Below, piece after piece: positions 47,621 to 47,694 of a DNA stretch of 47,694 nucleotides (within the stretch, counting starts at the first letter, position 1; every line of letters starts with the position of its first letter). Under the pieces are notes generated by a model. The model ran no database searches. It had not been told where the DNA came from and saw only the letters and a list, made by a program, of their open reading frames with translations. The position numbers and the translations under genes are program-made. Source of the stretch: a virus. The stretch lies in IMG/VR virus record IMGVR_UViG_3300030618_000030, one strand, 5' to 3'.

Positions 47621-47694
47621 ATTGATCCGTTATGACGTAGCACCCGGCACGCTTAGCGAACCGACGCCTAACGGTGCATTCGTCGCGTATGCGC
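47568..47694. repeat. Terminal direct repeat copy 2 (identical to 1-127)
   Basis: Read directly, 127/127 identity. Confidence 0.95.

Noticed and set aside
1-47694. Temperate lifestyle markers (integrase, excisionase, CI/Cro pair, attP), tRNAs and transposases.
   Set aside because: None of the ORF translations shows tyrosine or serine recombinase, DDE transposase or LexA-like repressor motifs. No intergenic gap is long enough or shows the conserved T-arm sequence (GGTTCGA-type) of a tRNA. This was an inspection by eye, not a covariance-model search.

Overview
This window is a complete, circularly closed phage genome. Bases 1-127 are identical to 47568-47694, so the unit length is 47,567 bp. 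Gene content points to a contractile-tailed dsDNA phage of a Gram-negative host, based on sheath and tube genes, a two-component spanin with a lipobox, and a SAR-type GH24 endolysin. The layout has four blocks. (i) A rightward early region of about 25 small ORFs runs 45312 -> 47620, wraps, and continues to 2701. (ii) A 25-kb rightward morphogenesis and lysis block spans 2757-27731: TerL, portal, Mu-F-like protein, Nudix-scaffold fusion, major capsid, connector proteins, sheath, tube, chaperone with a candidate -1 frameshift, tape measure, baseplate, fibre, SGNH esterase, holin, spanins and endolysin. (iii) A leftward replication operon spans 34037-27759: a 443-aa protein, DUF2800-like nuclease, DUF2815/gp2.5-like SSB, family-B-like DNA polymerase and small ORFs. 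(iv) A rightward operon spans 34117-44565: SF2 helicase, VRR-NUC, an HTH-only TetR-like protein, small ORFs, an RHH-like protein, a prim-pol/SF3 helicase and TerS. One leftward gene lies at 44611-45195. I saw no integrase, transposase, tRNA, rRNA or CRISPR. The signals most worth a second look are: (a) a genome-wide set of sigma70-like promoters whose spacers carry either an identical 14-mer (AACCGTCAATAGTG) or a 15-bp palindrome (ACCGTTAnTAACGGT), suggesting a phage-encoded operator regulon, with a 100-aa HTH-only TetR-like protein as one candidate binder; (b) a self-contained promoter-gene-terminator cassette encoding a (Cys-Ser-X)31 protein built from 31 in-phase 9-bp tandem repeats; (c) a perfect 27-bp inverted repeat made of GAACAG iterons flanking an AT-rich core, lying between the primase-helicase and TerS genes; (d) a Nudix hydrolase fused in frame to the scaffold/prohead-protease-like protein. 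All functional calls rest on motifs I could read in the translations; no database search was possible.
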